Part shown: positions 10,138-20,170 of the stretch, piece by piece
Layout of the letters: every line of letters starts with the position of its first letter
Numbering within the stretch: the stretch's first letter is position 1
Source: an uncultured Christensenella sp.
GTDB lineage: Bacteria > Bacillota > Clostridia > Christensenellales > UBA3700
NCBI GenBank assembly: GCA_910578245.1
Contig: CAJTPC010000005.1
Location: 2,850-66,849 of the forward strand
Direction: 5' to 3'
Length of the DNA: 64,000 nt
Notes under the pieces: generated by a model
Seen by the model: the letters and a program-made list of their open reading frames with translations, nothing else
What the model was told of the DNA's origin: nothing
Database searches by the model: none
Position numbers and translations under genes: made by a program

Positions 10138-11268
10138 TCAGTTGTTCTTTGCGCCTGCGTATTTCGGCTTGCCTTTTATTACGCCGTCGCGCTTTGCTAA
10201 CTTGCGCTTATCTGCTGAATTTTTCATCAAACAGTAAAGCGACGGAGCGACAACGAGCGATGAGTAGAAACCTGCAAGCAATCCAAAGATAACCGGTAAT
10301 GCAAATTCTCTTACCGACGCAGTACCTATGATTGCAAACAGCGTTATTGCAACCATAGTAGTGATGGTCGAGTTGATTGAACGCGAAAGCGTCTGAATAA
10401 TAGATTCGTTGACCATTTTATTGTTGTCAATAATACTGCCCTTTACTTTTCCGCCAAACTTCTTTCTATTCTCTCTCACTCTGTCGAATACAACGATAGT
10501 GTTGTTGATTGAATAAGATACGATGGTGATAAGCGCGGCTATGAATGCGCTGTTAATCTGTATCCTAAATATCGCAACCAAGCATACCATCATAGCAACA
10601 TCGTGAATAAGCCCGATAATTGCAGCAATACCGCTCCATATCTCAAATCTAATCATTATATATATAAGGATAAGAATCAATGATACAAATACTGCTATCA
10701 ACGCCGTCTTAATAAGAGAAGCTGACGCAGTAGCGCCGATATACGAAGTGCTGATTGAGATATTTTCGTCCGGATATTGCGTATTGTAATATTCTTTAAT
10801 TTGACTTTCCAAGAGTTTGTTTCTCTCTGTCGTCAAGTCGTTAGTCTTCGTATCAAACGTAGAAGAAATATTATCGTACTTGATTACCAAAGCCATCTCG
10901 CTACCGTTGCCCGAAGTCTGAACGTAACTTATAGACGCAATCGCGGCGCTTTCGCTAATCTCAATGTTAAAGTTTTCTTTTGCGTACTCTACGACTTGTT
11001 TTGCAATTTCACTACTTGTCAATATATCCTCAATTGCCTTATAGTGCTTATCATACTCTTCTGAGTTGTTAAGAACGTCAGAGCCAAGTTCAACCGTAAG
11101 TATAGAACCTCCTGCAAAGTCAATACCTATATTCATACCTTTGGTTATGTCCTTGTTGATGCCCGCAAAGGAAGCAAAAACAATTACCGCTACCAAAAAA
11201 ATTACTACAGGAGCTATTGCCCATATCCAATGCTTTTCTACAATTTTTGCATCTTGTAACTTTTTCAT
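10138..11268 (-). CDS. secF: Protein translocase subunit SecF
   Basis: 376 aa with the SecD/SecF 6-TM C-terminal core (YSINNTIVVFDRVRE). Its start overlaps the secD stop (ATGA). Confidence 0.92.
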   Translation of the reverse strand: MKKLQDAKIVEKHWIWAIAPVVIFLVAVIVFASFAGINKDITKGMNIGIDFAGGSILTVELGSDVLNNSEEYDKHYKAIEDILTSSEIAKQVVEYAKENFNIEISESAAIASISYVQTSGNGSEMALVIKYDNISSTFDTKTNDLTTERNKLLESQIKEYYNTQYPDENISISTSYIGATASASLIKTALIAVFVSLILILIYIMIRFEIWSGIAAIIGLIHDVAMMVCLVAIFRIQINSAFIAALITIVSYSINNTIVVFDRVRENRKKFGGKVKGSIIDNNKMVNESIIQTLSRSINSTITTMVAITLFAIIGTASVREFALPVIFGLLAGFYSSLVVAPSLYCLMKNSADKRKLAKRDGVIKGKPKYAGAKNN

Positions 11269-12713
11269 TGTCTAGCTCCCCCTTTCTTAGATTTCTTATT
11301 TTTCAAAAGAGAAACATTTTGCGCCTGCTCTTCTTCAACCTGAGCTTGGCTTTCTCCTTCTTCATTCTCGACTACGCCTTTTTCGACGTCAACTCTCTTA
11401 AGACCGAACAATCCGGCTTTAGATTCGTCATTGTTGAATACCATAATGCATTTGAGTATCAATCTTGTCAAAAGCAAGGAAGCAATAAGTGAAAGAATTA
11501 TACCGATCAAGAGTGTGATACCAAAGCTCTTTATTGTTGACGCGCCGAATATGATTAGCACGACAGCGCCTATGATAGTCGTAACGTTTCCGTCTATAAT
11601 TGCTCCAAGAGAGCGCTTAAAGCCAGTACCAACTGACGTACGAATCGTTTTGCCGTTGGAATACTCTTCTTTTATACGTTCAAAGATAATTACGTTGGCG
11701 TCTACCGCCATACCTATTGAGAGCAAAACGCCCGCAATACCGGAAAGCGTGAGCTGTACCCATGGGAAGATAGCCAAGAAATAAAGATACGTCAATGAGT
11801 AATACCACAAAGACAAACTTGCGGCAATGCCCATATATCTATACATAACGATTATATAAATGAAGATAAGAACCAAACCTACGACACCCGAGATAAGTCC
11901 CGCTTTGATAGCCGAACTACCAAGCGTAGCCGTCAAGGTGTTACTCTCAGACATCTTGAGTACAAGCGGAAAAGAACCCGATTGTATTCTTACTGCCAAT
12001 TCATATGCTTGCTCATAAGTGTACTTACCGCTGATTGACGCAGAACCTGTCGTAATTGCTTCGTCTACTTTAGGCGCGTTTACAAATTCATCGTTTATCC
12101 AAATGGATAGTTGCGAACCTGTCAAAGCGCTTGTAGCCGTTGAGAACTTCTTAGTTCCCTCTTCAGTAAAGTTGAGCGCTACCGTGTAATGTCCCGTTGA
12201 TGAATCATAACTCACGCCTGCGCTTGCAATATCGTTGCCTGTAAGTTTCTCATCGAGTTTTACTTTACCGTTTGGATCGTTGAGAGAAAGGTCGCCGTCT
12301 GCGCCGTCAACGTACTCTTTGAATTCAAGACTGGACGGACGTCCGATCAAACTGAAAATTCTCTCAGGGTCGTCTTCGTCAGGAATTTCTACACGAATTT
12401 TTTGATTTGCTACAGTAACTTGAGCCTCTGAAAAGCCCTTGCTGAAAAGCAAAGCCTCAAGACTTGCCCTAGTACCTTCAATCAATGCCTCTATATTATC
12501 TTTTTGTTCATCCGTAAGTTTATCGAAGTCAACTTCGTATACCGCGTATACACCGCCGCTGAGGTCAAGACCCAAACTTATTTGTGTGATATAGGCTTTA
12601 TAATTTTTAGTACCCAACTCCCCTTTATCCAAAGATACAAATCCAAAGACGGTGCCGAATACTATAAGTATTGCCAAGACTGTCAATATCACGATTGACT
12701 GCCACTTTTTCAC
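11265..12713 (-). CDS. secD: Protein translocase subunit SecD
   Basis: 482 aa with N-terminal TM, periplasmic domain, and SecD core (AVDANVIIFERIKEE). GTG start with a GGGAGG SD. The C-terminal tail is charged. Confidence 0.92.
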   Translation of the reverse strand: MKKWQSIVILTVLAILIVFGTVFGFVSLDKGELGTKNYKAYITQISLGLDLSGGVYAVYEVDFDKLTDEQKDNIEALIEGTRASLEALLFSKGFSEAQVTVANQKIRVEIPDEDDPERIFSLIGRPSSLEFKEYVDGADGDLSLNDPNGKVKLDEKLTGNDIASAGVSYDSSTGHYTVALNFTEEGTKKFSTATSALTGSQLSIWINDEFVNAPKVDEAITTGSASISGKYTYEQAYELAVRIQSGSFPLVLKMSESNTLTATLGSSAIKAGLISGVVGLVLIFIYIIVMYRYMGIAASLSLWYYSLTYLYFLAIFPWVQLTLSGIAGVLLSIGMAVDANVIIFERIKEEYSNGKTIRTSVGTGFKRSLGAIIDGNVTTIIGAVVLIIFGASTIKSFGITLLIGIILSLIASLLLTRLILKCIMVFNNDESKAGLFGLKRVDVEKGVVENEEGESQAQVEEEQAQNVSLLKNKKSKKGGARQ

Positions 12714-12748
12714 TTATTCTGCCTCCCTAAAATATATTAGTCCCTTCT

Positions 12749-12777
12749 ATTATATATATAATAATAATATAAGTCAA
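12749..12777 (-). promoter_or_regulatory. Sigma-A-type promoter of secDF
   Basis: Minus strand TTGACT, 17 nt spacer, TATAAT, about 35 nt upstream of the secD start. Confidence 0.6.
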
Positions 12778-12880
12778 TAAAAATTCTTGACTTTTCACTC
12801 AAAAATTATAGTGAAAACCAAGAAAATTCTTTATATTTATGTATCGTACTTAATTATTAAAAACTATCATTAAGCAATTA

Positions 12881-12914
12881 TAAAATAAGCGTATCGGCTT
12901 ATTTGCCGATACGC
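12881..12914 (-). terminator. Intrinsic terminator after the DUF1292 gene
   Basis: Perfect 10-bp stem GCGUAUCGGC-AAAUAA-GCCGAUACGC followed by UUAUUUUAU. Confidence 0.7.
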
Positions 12915-12921
12915 CTTGAAA

Positions 12922-13227
12922 TTACTCTTCTTGAGCGTCCAATTCTTTTAGAAACTCATTATAGAGTTTGTCCAACAATTCCTCGTCCTCTACAGGTACG
13001 AATACATCGTTGCCGTCTGCGTCGGATTGGATATGAAAAATAACCATTTCGGCTTCTTCAGCGTCCTCTTCAACTCCCTCCAACGGTTCAAGATATATAT
13101 ACCACTCTTCTTCATAATCAAGCGTAGCTATATGCTTAAACTCTACTTCTTTTCCCTCTTCGTCTGCAAGAACGATAATTTCTTCATCCTCTTGCGCTTC
13201 CGTAATATCTATTTTATTTTCTGCCAT
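12922..13227 (-). CDS. DUF1292-family acidic small protein
   Basis: 101 aa, very acidic, with an IVLADEEGKEVEF...DYEEEWYIYLEP pattern typical of DUF1292. Confidence 0.7.
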   Translation of the reverse strand: MAENKIDITEAQEDEEIIVLADEEGKEVEFKHIATLDYEEEWYIYLEPLEGVEEDAEEAEMVIFHIQSDADGNDVFVPVEDEELLDKLYNEFLKELDAQEE

Positions 13228-13323
13228 AGTATTTACCTCCTCTATTACTTTATAATGATATATTAAATATTCTAAATTGTCAACCCAATCTTCAGTATTA
13301 AAATTTTGCCAAGAGTATATTTG

Positions 13324-14094
13324 CTACTTAGTATTTTTTCCGAAAATTATTTCGTACAAAGCTGTTGACATACTCACTCCCGCGTTAAGAGATTCGATTT
13401 TACCGCTCATAGGAAGCGATATAATTTTGCTGTTGTCCTTAATTTTTTGAGATAACCCCTTGCTTTCATTGCCTACTACAAGCGCAAAAGGCGTAAGAAT
13501 TTTATCTATCGAAAAAAGGTTTTCCCCATTCATATCCAATGCGTACAAGTAATGATTTTTAAGTAACTCAAGCGCTTCTGAAATAGTTTTTTCAATTATT
13601 TTTACCGCAAAAATACCACCCATAGACGCTCTTATGACCTTTGGAGAAAGATAATCTACGCAATCGATTGCTACAATATTATCTATTCCGCAAGCCGCGC
13701 AGGTCCGAATAATAGTTCCCATATTTCCCGGATCGCTCACTCCGTCAAGCACCGCCGCATTGCCAATTACAACTTCGTCCACACGCTTAATCTTTACGGT
13801 AGCAAGTATTCCGCTAGGCGTAACCGTATCGCTCATTGCCAACATAGCCTTGTCGTCTACGAGATAAATTTTATCGCGCGGGTGTCGATTAACAATATAC
13901 TCATATTGGCTAAACTTATTTTTTTGAATAAAGAACGCAGTTACTTCTATATCAAGCGGTATATCTTTCAAAAAGTTCTCACCTTCTACTACGAACTCCC
14001 CGCTACTTCTGCGATAAGCCTTATCTTTTAATTTTCTAACGTGTTGAACTTTCGGGTTCTTTATAGAAGCGATGTATTCATAATTCATATTCAT
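13324..14094 (-). CDS. TrmH/SpoU-family RNA 2'-O-methyltransferase
   Basis: 256 aa with SpoU motifs DPGNMGTIIRT, LVVGNESKGLS and ESLNAGVSMSTALYE. It sits downstream of infC-rpmI-rplT, as ysgA does in Bacillus. Confidence 0.85.
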   Translation of the reverse strand: MNMNYEYIASIKNPKVQHVRKLKDKAYRRSSGEFVVEGENFLKDIPLDIEVTAFFIQKNKFSQYEYIVNRHPRDKIYLVDDKAMLAMSDTVTPSGILATVKIKRVDEVVIGNAAVLDGVSDPGNMGTIIRTCAACGIDNIVAIDCVDYLSPKVIRASMGGIFAVKIIEKTISEALELLKNHYLYALDMNGENLFSIDKILTPFALVVGNESKGLSQKIKDNSKIISLPMSGKIESLNAGVSMSTALYEIIFGKNTK

Positions 14095-14166
14095 ATATTT
14101 ATGATACTATACTTTTTCTTAAACTTCAATGATATTTCCGCAAAAAATTTACTCTATAACAAAACA

Positions 14167-14199
14167 TAAAAAACGGGTACGGCAATATGCGCCATACCC
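14167..14199 (-). terminator. Intrinsic terminator after rplT
   Basis: Minus RNA GGGUAUGGC-GCAUAUU-GCCGUACCC followed by GUUUUUUAU. Confidence 0.7.
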
Positions 14200-14222
14200 A
14201 TTAATTTGTAATTACTTTTAGA

Positions 14223-14564
14223 TTAGCGAACTTTCTCGCACAAAGCGGTAAATGCGCTTGGATCGTTTACAGCCAATTCTGCCAAAACCTTACGGTTGAG
14301 ATCGATACCGTTCTTCTTAAGACCGCTCATAAATTTGCTGTAGTTGAGTCCGTTAAGTCTAGCTGCAGCGTTAATTCTGGTAATCCACAAAGATCTGAAA
14401 TCGCGCTTCTTGAGCTTTCTGCCCACGTAAGAATAATTTTGCGATTTCATTACGGCTTGGCGAGCTACTCTATAAAGTTTGGACTTAGCGCCAAAGTATC
14501 CCTTAGCCTGCTTTAATATTTTTCTGCGTTTTTTAACTGCGTTGACGCCTCTTTTGATTCTCAT
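14223..14564 (-). CDS. rplT: 50S ribosomal protein L20
   Basis: 113 aa, [34 protein letters not shown]... Confidence 0.96.
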   Translation of the reverse strand: MRIKRGVNAVKKRRKILKQAKGYFGAKSKLYRVARQAVMKSQNYSYVGRKLKKRDFRSLWITRINAAARLNGLNYSKFMSGLKKNGIDLNRKVLAELAVNDPSAFTALCEKVR

Positions 14565-14584
14565 TCTATCTTACCTCCACTAGA

Positions 14585-14773
14585 CTAAATCATTTCCTTA
14601 ATGGTCTTCTCTTGCGTTGAAGAAACGTAAGCCGTTTTTCTCAAGCCACGCTTTCTCTTAGGCGACTTCTTACTCAAGATGTGTCTTCTGTTCATTTTTG
14701 CTCTTTTAACTTTGCCGGTACCGGTCAAGTGGAAACGCTTCTTAGCGCCACTATGTGATTTTTGCTTTGGCAT
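14585..14773 (-). CDS. rpmI: 50S ribosomal protein L35
   Basis: 62 aa, [24 protein letters not shown]... Confidence 0.95.
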   Translation of the reverse strand: MPKQKSHSGAKKRFHLTGTGKVKRAKMNRRHILSKKSPKRKRGLRKTAYVSSTQEKTIKEMI

Positions 14774-14794
14774 TTATCTATCCTCCAAAAATAT

Positions 14795-15307
14795 TTATTT
14801 CTTTGCAATAGGAGCGAGAGTCATAGCAATGCTCTTACCTTCGAGTAAAGGCTTTTTCTCCATTTGCGCAATTTCTTTAAGTATATCAAAGAAGTCGTCC
14901 ATGACTTTCATTGCAAGTTCCGGCCTTGCCATTTGTCTACCGCGCAGTCTGATCGAAACTCTCACTCTATCGCCGTTCTCGATAAACTTCTTAGCTTGCT
15001 TAGCCTTGGTATTAAGGTCGCCCACGTCGATAGTAGCGGACAACCACACTTCTTTAAGTTCGACAACTTTTTGATTCTTTTTATTTTCTTTTTCTTTCTT
15101 TACGGTTTCGTACTTAAACTTACCGTAGTTCATTATTTTGCATACAGGCGGTTTTGCAGTAGGTGAAATCAAAACAAGGTCTAGATTTTTCTCTTCTACG
15201 GTAGCAAGCGCATCTCTGCTGGACATTATGCCGAGTTGAGCGCCGTCTTCGTCAAGCACTCTGACTTCTCTTTCTCTTATTTGTCCATTGATAAGCATCT
15301 CTTTAAT
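14795..15307 (-). CDS. infC: Translation initiation factor IF-3, probable ATT start
   Basis: Contains INGQIREREVRVLDEDG...KPPVCKIMNYGKFKYE. An in-frame ATT at 15307-15305 lies 8 nt after GGAGG and 4 codons after an in-frame TAG. The track ATG is 3 codons downstream. Confidence 0.9.
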   Translation of the reverse strand: MKEMLINGQIREREVRVLDEDGAQLGIMSSRDALATVEEKNLDLVLISPTAKPPVCKIMNYGKFKYETVKKEKENKKNQKVVELKEVWLSATIDVGDLNTKAKQAKKFIENGDRVRVSIRLRGRQMARPELAMKVMDDFFDILKEIAQMEKKPLLEGKSIAMTLAPIAKK

Positions 15308-15331
15308 GGTCGTATCCTCCTAGCCGATGGC

Positions 15332-15369
15332 AAAAAATATGAGTAACAAAGCATAGTTTCGTTACTCAT
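15332..15369 (-). promoter_or_regulatory. Leader attenuator of the infC-rpmI-rplT operon (L20-leader-like)
   Basis: Minus RNA AUGAGUAAC-N13-GUUACUCAU followed by AUUUUUUG. It lies between the promoter and the infC SD. Confidence 0.5.
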
Positions 15370-15442
15370 AATAAATTCAATTTATTAACCGTGTGCGACC
15401 TATGTCGACAGGTGAGTACAATACTGCTTTGATTACATTGGT

Positions 15443-15471
15443 ATAATATCAAAGTTTTTTTACTCTGTCAA
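15443..15471 (-). promoter_or_regulatory. Sigma-A-type promoter of the infC operon
   Basis: Minus strand TTGACA, 17 nt spacer, TATTAT. Confidence 0.55.
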
Positions 15472-15510
15472 CAAAATTACACAGATTTTTAATTAATTTT
15501 TCATTTATAG

Positions 15511-16665
15511 TTATTTAGTTATCTCATTACGAGTAGCCATAGTATACTTGCCGTCTTTGCTGTCAAGCACCTCATAAGTACTATAACCGCCGTTGTCTGT
15601 AACTTCTACTACTCTTCCGCCTCTAGGATAGTTCTTGTATATTTTACGTTTGGACGCGCTAAACATAAAATACTTCCACTCGCTGAAGCCGTATGACGAC
15701 ATTCTGCCATAGCCAAGCAAAATGCTATAATCCTCCGCCATATTGTAAATTCCTGCAAAGTTACTCAAATGGTCATGACCTACATATATTCCGTCCACAT
15801 TCTTGTTGGCAAGCAAACTTGCTCTAAGGCTTTCGTTGGTCTCCGGGTTTTTGGTAGGATAATACGATTTGCCATCCTCAGGACTTTCTATCTCTCCTTT
15901 GAATACGCTGACAATCTCTGTGTTATCCCTATTATCATACATGGTCTGGAACTCTTGCGTAGGCTCGTGAGTATACATGCTCATATTGACGCCGTACTTT
16001 TCGCTCATACTGTTATAAAAATCGATTTGTCCTTGCGTATAGCCTTTGTACGGCGACATCAGCGAAGTTGCGCAATCCATGACGAATACGCCGTATTCTA
16101 CATTGTCTCCCGTGTGTGAATATATTGGCAAGAAGTAATTGCAATATGTATCTTCCTTGTCATTGATATAACTCTCGCAATATTCGCTTCCTTCCAAACC
16201 GCCGACGAAATACGCCGACTTTTGATACTCATCAAGCATTTCTTTTTTAGACAATACTCCCATTGCTCCGTCGTGATTTCCAAAACACAACGTCCAAGGT
16301 ATCTCCTTTCCGTCCAAATATCCTGTAATTTGTCTGCAAATCTTTCTTGCTTTCTTAGATTGTCCGCCCAAATATTCGGGACTTATTTGATCGCCGGTGA
16401 CAACTATCAAGTCAGGCTTAGCAAACTCAATCGTTGCGTCCATAACCGCTACGCTCTTATCATCGATATAATCAATGAACTGAATATCTGTAAGTTGTAA
16501 AATCTTGAAATTGCCCTGTTCGTCAAATCTCAAAGTTAAATCAACGCTACCCTTTTCTTTTCCCGAACCTGCAAACTCTCTATACGATTGGCAACCGGTA
16601 ATGGAAAAAGCAAAAAGCGAAATAAGTAAAACCGTCAATAATACTAAAGAAATCTTTCTCTTCAT
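15511..16665 (-). CDS. Metallophosphoesterase lipoprotein (calcineurin-like)
   Basis: Lipobox signal peptide (LFAFSITGC) and phosphoesterase motifs VVTGDQ, FGNHDG and VGHDH. Confidence 0.8.
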   Translation of the reverse strand: MKRKISLVLLTVLLISLFAFSITGCQSYREFAGSGKEKGSVDLTLRFDEQGNFKILQLTDIQFIDYIDDKSVAVMDATIEFAKPDLIVVTGDQISPEYLGGQSKKARKICRQITGYLDGKEIPWTLCFGNHDGAMGVLSKKEMLDEYQKSAYFVGGLEGSEYCESYINDKEDTYCNYFLPIYSHTGDNVEYGVFVMDCATSLMSPYKGYTQGQIDFYNSMSEKYGVNMSMYTHEPTQEFQTMYDNRDNTEIVSVFKGEIESPEDGKSYYPTKNPETNESLRASLLANKNVDGIYVGHDHLSNFAGIYNMAEDYSILLGYGRMSSYGFSEWKYFMFSASKRKIYKNYPRGGRVVEVTDNGGYSTYEVLDSKDGKYTMATRNEITK

Positions 16666-16855
16666 AAAAACCCGCCCATATTTTATATAAATAATATAAC
16701 AAATTACAAATACACTTTCAATACACTTTTTGATTTTATTAGAATTTTTATTAAAATTTTACACTTTAATGACAAAATATGGCTTTAATTTTAAGTGAAA
16801 AAATCGTCTATTTAGTTAAAAAAACCACAATATGAATTGAAGGTTAGATACGCGT

Positions 16856-16893
16856 AAAAATAGGCGGTCAATACGAATTTCGTCTTAACCGCC
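16856..16893 (-). terminator. Intrinsic terminator after thrS
   Basis: Minus RNA GGCGGUUAAGACG-AAAUU-CGUAUUGACCGCC followed by UAUUUUU. Confidence 0.6.
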
Positions 16894-16914
16894 ATAACTT
16901 TGACGCGCTCAATC

Positions 16915-18852
16915 CTAGTCTAATCTCTTGGTCGCTACGTCGTCAAGGACTTTTTCTGCAAATTCCATTAAGCTCATTTCTCCCATGACTACTCCGCCTC
17001 TACGTCTTACCGCAACAACGTTGTTTTCGACCTCCTTATCGCCAATGATAAGCATATAAGGTACTTTTTCAAGTTGAGCGGATCTAATCTTGTACCCTAC
17101 TGTTTCGCTACGAGAATCTACTTCGGCTCTTATGCCCATACTTCTCAACTTCTCATTTATCTTTTTACATTCTTCAACAGTTCTGTCAGTCAAACTGATG
17201 ACTTTAACTTGCACAGGGCTGACCCATACAGGAAAAGCTCCGGCAAATTTCTCAATCATTAGCGCCATAGTTCTCTCATAACAGCCTATAGACGAACGGT
17301 GAATAATATAAGGTCTTTTCTTATCGCCGTTTTCGTCGATGTAAGACATATCGAAATTCTCGGCAAGGAACATATCTACCTGAACGGTAATTATTGTATC
17401 CTCTTTACCGTATACGTTCTTGATTTGAATATCGAGTTTAGGTCCATAGAAAGCCGCTTCGCCCTTTGCTTCTACGTAGTTTATGCCTATATTGTCAAGG
17501 ATTTTACGCATAGTATCCTCGGCGACCGCCCAAACTTCCGGCTCATTGATATACTTCTCGGTATTATCCGGATCCCACTTGCTGAAACGATAGGTAACGT
17601 CGTTTTCAAGTCCCATACATCTCATCATATATTTTACAAGGTCTACAACGCCTCTGAACTCATTTTCAAGTTGCTCGGGGGTGCAAACTATATGTCCCTC
17701 TGACAGAGTAAACTGTCTTACTCTTATAAGTCCGTGCATTTCGCCCGACGCCTCGTTGCGGAAAAGTGTGGACGTTTCGCCGTATCTTATAGGCAAATCT
17801 CTGTATGATTTCAAGCCGTTGTTGTATATGGTGTATTGGAAAGGACAAGTCATAGGTCTAAGAGCAAAAACTTCATCGTCTTTCTCCTCATCGCCCATTA
17901 CGAACATACCGTCCTTATAGTGATCCCAGTGCCCCGATATCTTATAAAGATTGGACTTTGCCATATAAGGAGTCTTGGTGAGAACGTAACCTCTGCGTTC
18001 CTCTTCGTCCTCGACAAATCTTTGCATAATTTGGAAGAGTTTAGCGCCCTTAGGCATAAGGAGCGGTAAACCTTGACCGATGTTTTCGTCAGTCATAAAT
18101 ATTCCCAATTCTCTGCCGAGCTTGTTGTGATCCCTCTTCTTAGCCTCTTCCACAGCGTCGAGATAAGCCTGCAAATCTGCTTTTTTATCAAAAGCCGTGC
18201 CGTAAATTCTGGAGAGCATCTTGTTGTTTTCGTTTCCTCTCCAGTACGCGCCCGTAAGGCTCGTCAACTTAAACGCCTTTACCATACCCGTAAACGGCAA
18301 GTGCGGTCCTGCGCACAAATCTACAAAGTCGCCCTGCTTATAGAAGGAAATCTCTACGCCCTCGGGCAAGTCGTTGATAAGTTCCACCTTATAGTCCTCG
18401 CCGTAACTTGCCATAAGTTTTACAGCCTCGTCTTTTGGCAAAGTAAATCTGGTAATGGGATAATTAGCTTTGATAATATTCTTCATTTCCTGCTCAATCT
18501 TAGAAAATTCTTCCGTAGAGATCGGAGTCTTGAAGTCAAAGTCATAATAAAAACCTGTAGCAATAGACGGACCTATCGCAAGTTTGACCGTTGGAAAAAT
18601 ATTCTTGATTGCCTGCGCAAGTATATGCGACGCGGTATGTCTGTAGATAAGTTTTCCATCATCGTCTGCAAAGGTAAGAATCTCAAGATTGCAATCCTCG
18701 TTGACAACGCTTCTCATCTCGACAACCTTTCCGTTGATTTTTCCGCCTACCGCTACTCTTGCAAGTCCTTCTGAAATTTGCTTAGCGATTTCGTAGACGC
18801 TCAGTCCGTTCTCGAACTCCTTGACGCTACCGTCTTTCAAAGTAATTCTCAT
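16915..18852 (-). CDS. thrS: Threonine--tRNA ligase
   Basis: 645 aa with N-terminal TGS (MRITLKDGSVKEF), an editing domain (HTASHILA), class II core and anticodon-binding domain. AGAGGTG SD. Confidence 0.96.
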   Translation of the reverse strand: MRITLKDGSVKEFENGLSVYEIAKQISEGLARVAVGGKINGKVVEMRSVVNEDCNLEILTFADDDGKLIYRHTASHILAQAIKNIFPTVKLAIGPSIATGFYYDFDFKTPISTEEFSKIEQEMKNIIKANYPITRFTLPKDEAVKLMASYGEDYKVELINDLPEGVEISFYKQGDFVDLCAGPHLPFTGMVKAFKLTSLTGAYWRGNENNKMLSRIYGTAFDKKADLQAYLDAVEEAKKRDHNKLGRELGIFMTDENIGQGLPLLMPKGAKLFQIMQRFVEDEEERRGYVLTKTPYMAKSNLYKISGHWDHYKDGMFVMGDEEKDDEVFALRPMTCPFQYTIYNNGLKSYRDLPIRYGETSTLFRNEASGEMHGLIRVRQFTLSEGHIVCTPEQLENEFRGVVDLVKYMMRCMGLENDVTYRFSKWDPDNTEKYINEPEVWAVAEDTMRKILDNIGINYVEAKGEAAFYGPKLDIQIKNVYGKEDTIITVQVDMFLAENFDMSYIDENGDKKRPYIIHRSSIGCYERTMALMIEKFAGAFPVWVSPVQVKVISLTDRTVEECKKINEKLRSMGIRAEVDSRSETVGYKIRSAQLEKVPYMLIIGDKEVENNVVAVRRRGGVVMGEMSLMEFAEKVLDDVATKRLD

Positions 18853-18933
18853 ATCACACCTCTATCTTAATATTTGTATGTAACTATTATTTAACTCCAT
18901 AATTAATTCTACGCCAATGCCAACTGACTGCAA

Positions 18934-19165
18934 TAAAAAAGCCCCTAAGTCTATTGACTTAAGGACGATTACTCGCGGTTCCACCTTAATTACGGCCATA
19001 TTGCCGTCGCTTCTTTTGCCAATTCGTATGACTGACGTGTTTTTCCTCAAGCGGTATAACTTATATCCTCGTACGCCTCTCTCAGCCTCGGGCGCTCTCT
19101 GTAACGATTTCCTATAAATCACGTGTCTTAAGGTACGCAAATTCTTGCGATACAATTATATTGTA
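18934..19165 (-). promoter_or_regulatory. T-box leader (Thr) with terminator
   Basis: Minus RNA carries the T-box sequence AAUUAAGGUGGAACCGCGAG (18972-18991). A terminator CCUUAAGUC-AAUA-GACUUAGGG plus GCUUUUUUAUU follows (18934-18964). An AGAGAG bay is present, and the candidate specifier is ACC followed by G (plus 19053-19055). Confidence 0.85.
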
Positions 19166-19170
19166 AATAC

Positions 19171-19199
19171 ATTATAATATCGGATTTTGATATTGTCAA
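19171..19199 (-). promoter_or_regulatory. Sigma-A-type promoter of the thrS leader
   Basis: Minus strand consensus TTGACA, 17 nt spacer, TATAAT. Confidence 0.7.
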
Positions 19200-19305
19200 C
19201 TGTAATTTCAGTAGATTTTTTGCATGTAAAAATCTGTAAAACACTCTATCTACAATATATTGTGCCTTTTTGAACTTTTTGGAAATTTTATACACAATAA
19301 ATTGT

Positions 19306-20019
19306 TTACAAAATTTTCACATCCACCAAGTTTCTCAATGCGTTTAGCAGTTCTTTATCTGCGTTGCCTCTCTCAATCACGACTTCGCTTGCGCCATACT
19401 TGACTATGGCGTTGATAATATTATGCGACTTGTCTGGATATATCTCAGGTACGTTTACCAGTCCGCCTTGCGACACGTTGGTGATAAGAATTTCCTTGCT
19501 GTCGGCAATAAACAAACTTGTCTTCTTTCTATCGCCGAGCATATAAAGCGCAAGCGAATATATTTCTTTTTCGCCATATCCCTTTGTGAGCGTAGACGAC
19601 AAAATATTGCCAAGCTCTTGCCACTCCTCTACTATTTGGCGGAGGCGAAAATTGACTATACCGTCTATGCAATAGTTCTTGAGATTTGATATTTGTTTGA
19701 GTAGATAATCATGCTCTTTATCTTCATCATAATACAACATTGAAGATATTAAGGCGCAAAGAGACGCGTCTATCTTCTTTTTACCGATAGACGATAAAAT
19801 ATACTTTAGTTTTATATTATTGAGAATGACGTCGCATATAATTTCTCTTACCGCGCTCTCGCACCTTTCCTTATCATAATCCTTGGACGCAACGTCAAAA
19901 CTTATCCAACTATCATCGCTTCCCTCTGCAAAATACAACCCCTCAACTCGCTCCAAACCTTTTTTCAATGCATTATCTCTGTTAAAATTATTACTTATTA
20001 AAATATTACTTTGCCACAT
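19306..20019 (-). CDS. ytxC: YtxC-like putative sporulation protein
   Basis: 237 aa. Its position directly upstream of thrS matches Bacillus ytxC-thrS, and it has a GIVNFRLRQ segment like the YtxC family. Recognised from memory, not searched. Confidence 0.5.
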   Translation of the reverse strand: MWQSNILISNNFNRDNALKKGLERVEGLYFAEGSDDSWISFDVASKDYDKERCESAVREIICDVILNNIKLKYILSSIGKKKIDASLCALISSMLYYDEDKEHDYLLKQISNLKNYCIDGIVNFRLRQIVEEWQELGNILSSTLTKGYGEKEIYSLALYMLGDRKKTSLFIADSKEILITNVSQGGLVNVPEIYPDKSHNIINAIVKYGASEVVIERGNADKELLNALRNLVDVKIL

Positions 20020-20084
20020 ATTTTCCTCAGTAGGTATTGTATGCAGGCGGTTGTGATTTATGCACCCATATTTTGCATTGACGT

Positions 20085-20113
20085 TTGACAGTATAACATT
20101 TTAAGGATATAAT
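20085..20113 (+). promoter_or_regulatory. Sigma-A-type promoter of the aminopeptidase gene
   Basis: TTGACA (20085-20090), 17 nt spacer, TATAAT (20108-20113). Confidence 0.65.
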
Positions 20114-20170
20114 TATTTTAACGGTTAATAAATTATAAGTGAAATAATCACGTAGAGTTAAGGAGCAGAT

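Noticed and set aside
18862-19155. A 97-aa minus-strand ORF upstream of thrS.
   Set aside because: It coincides with the T-box leader (T-box sequence, terminator, specifier region). The non-coding RNA explanation is far stronger.
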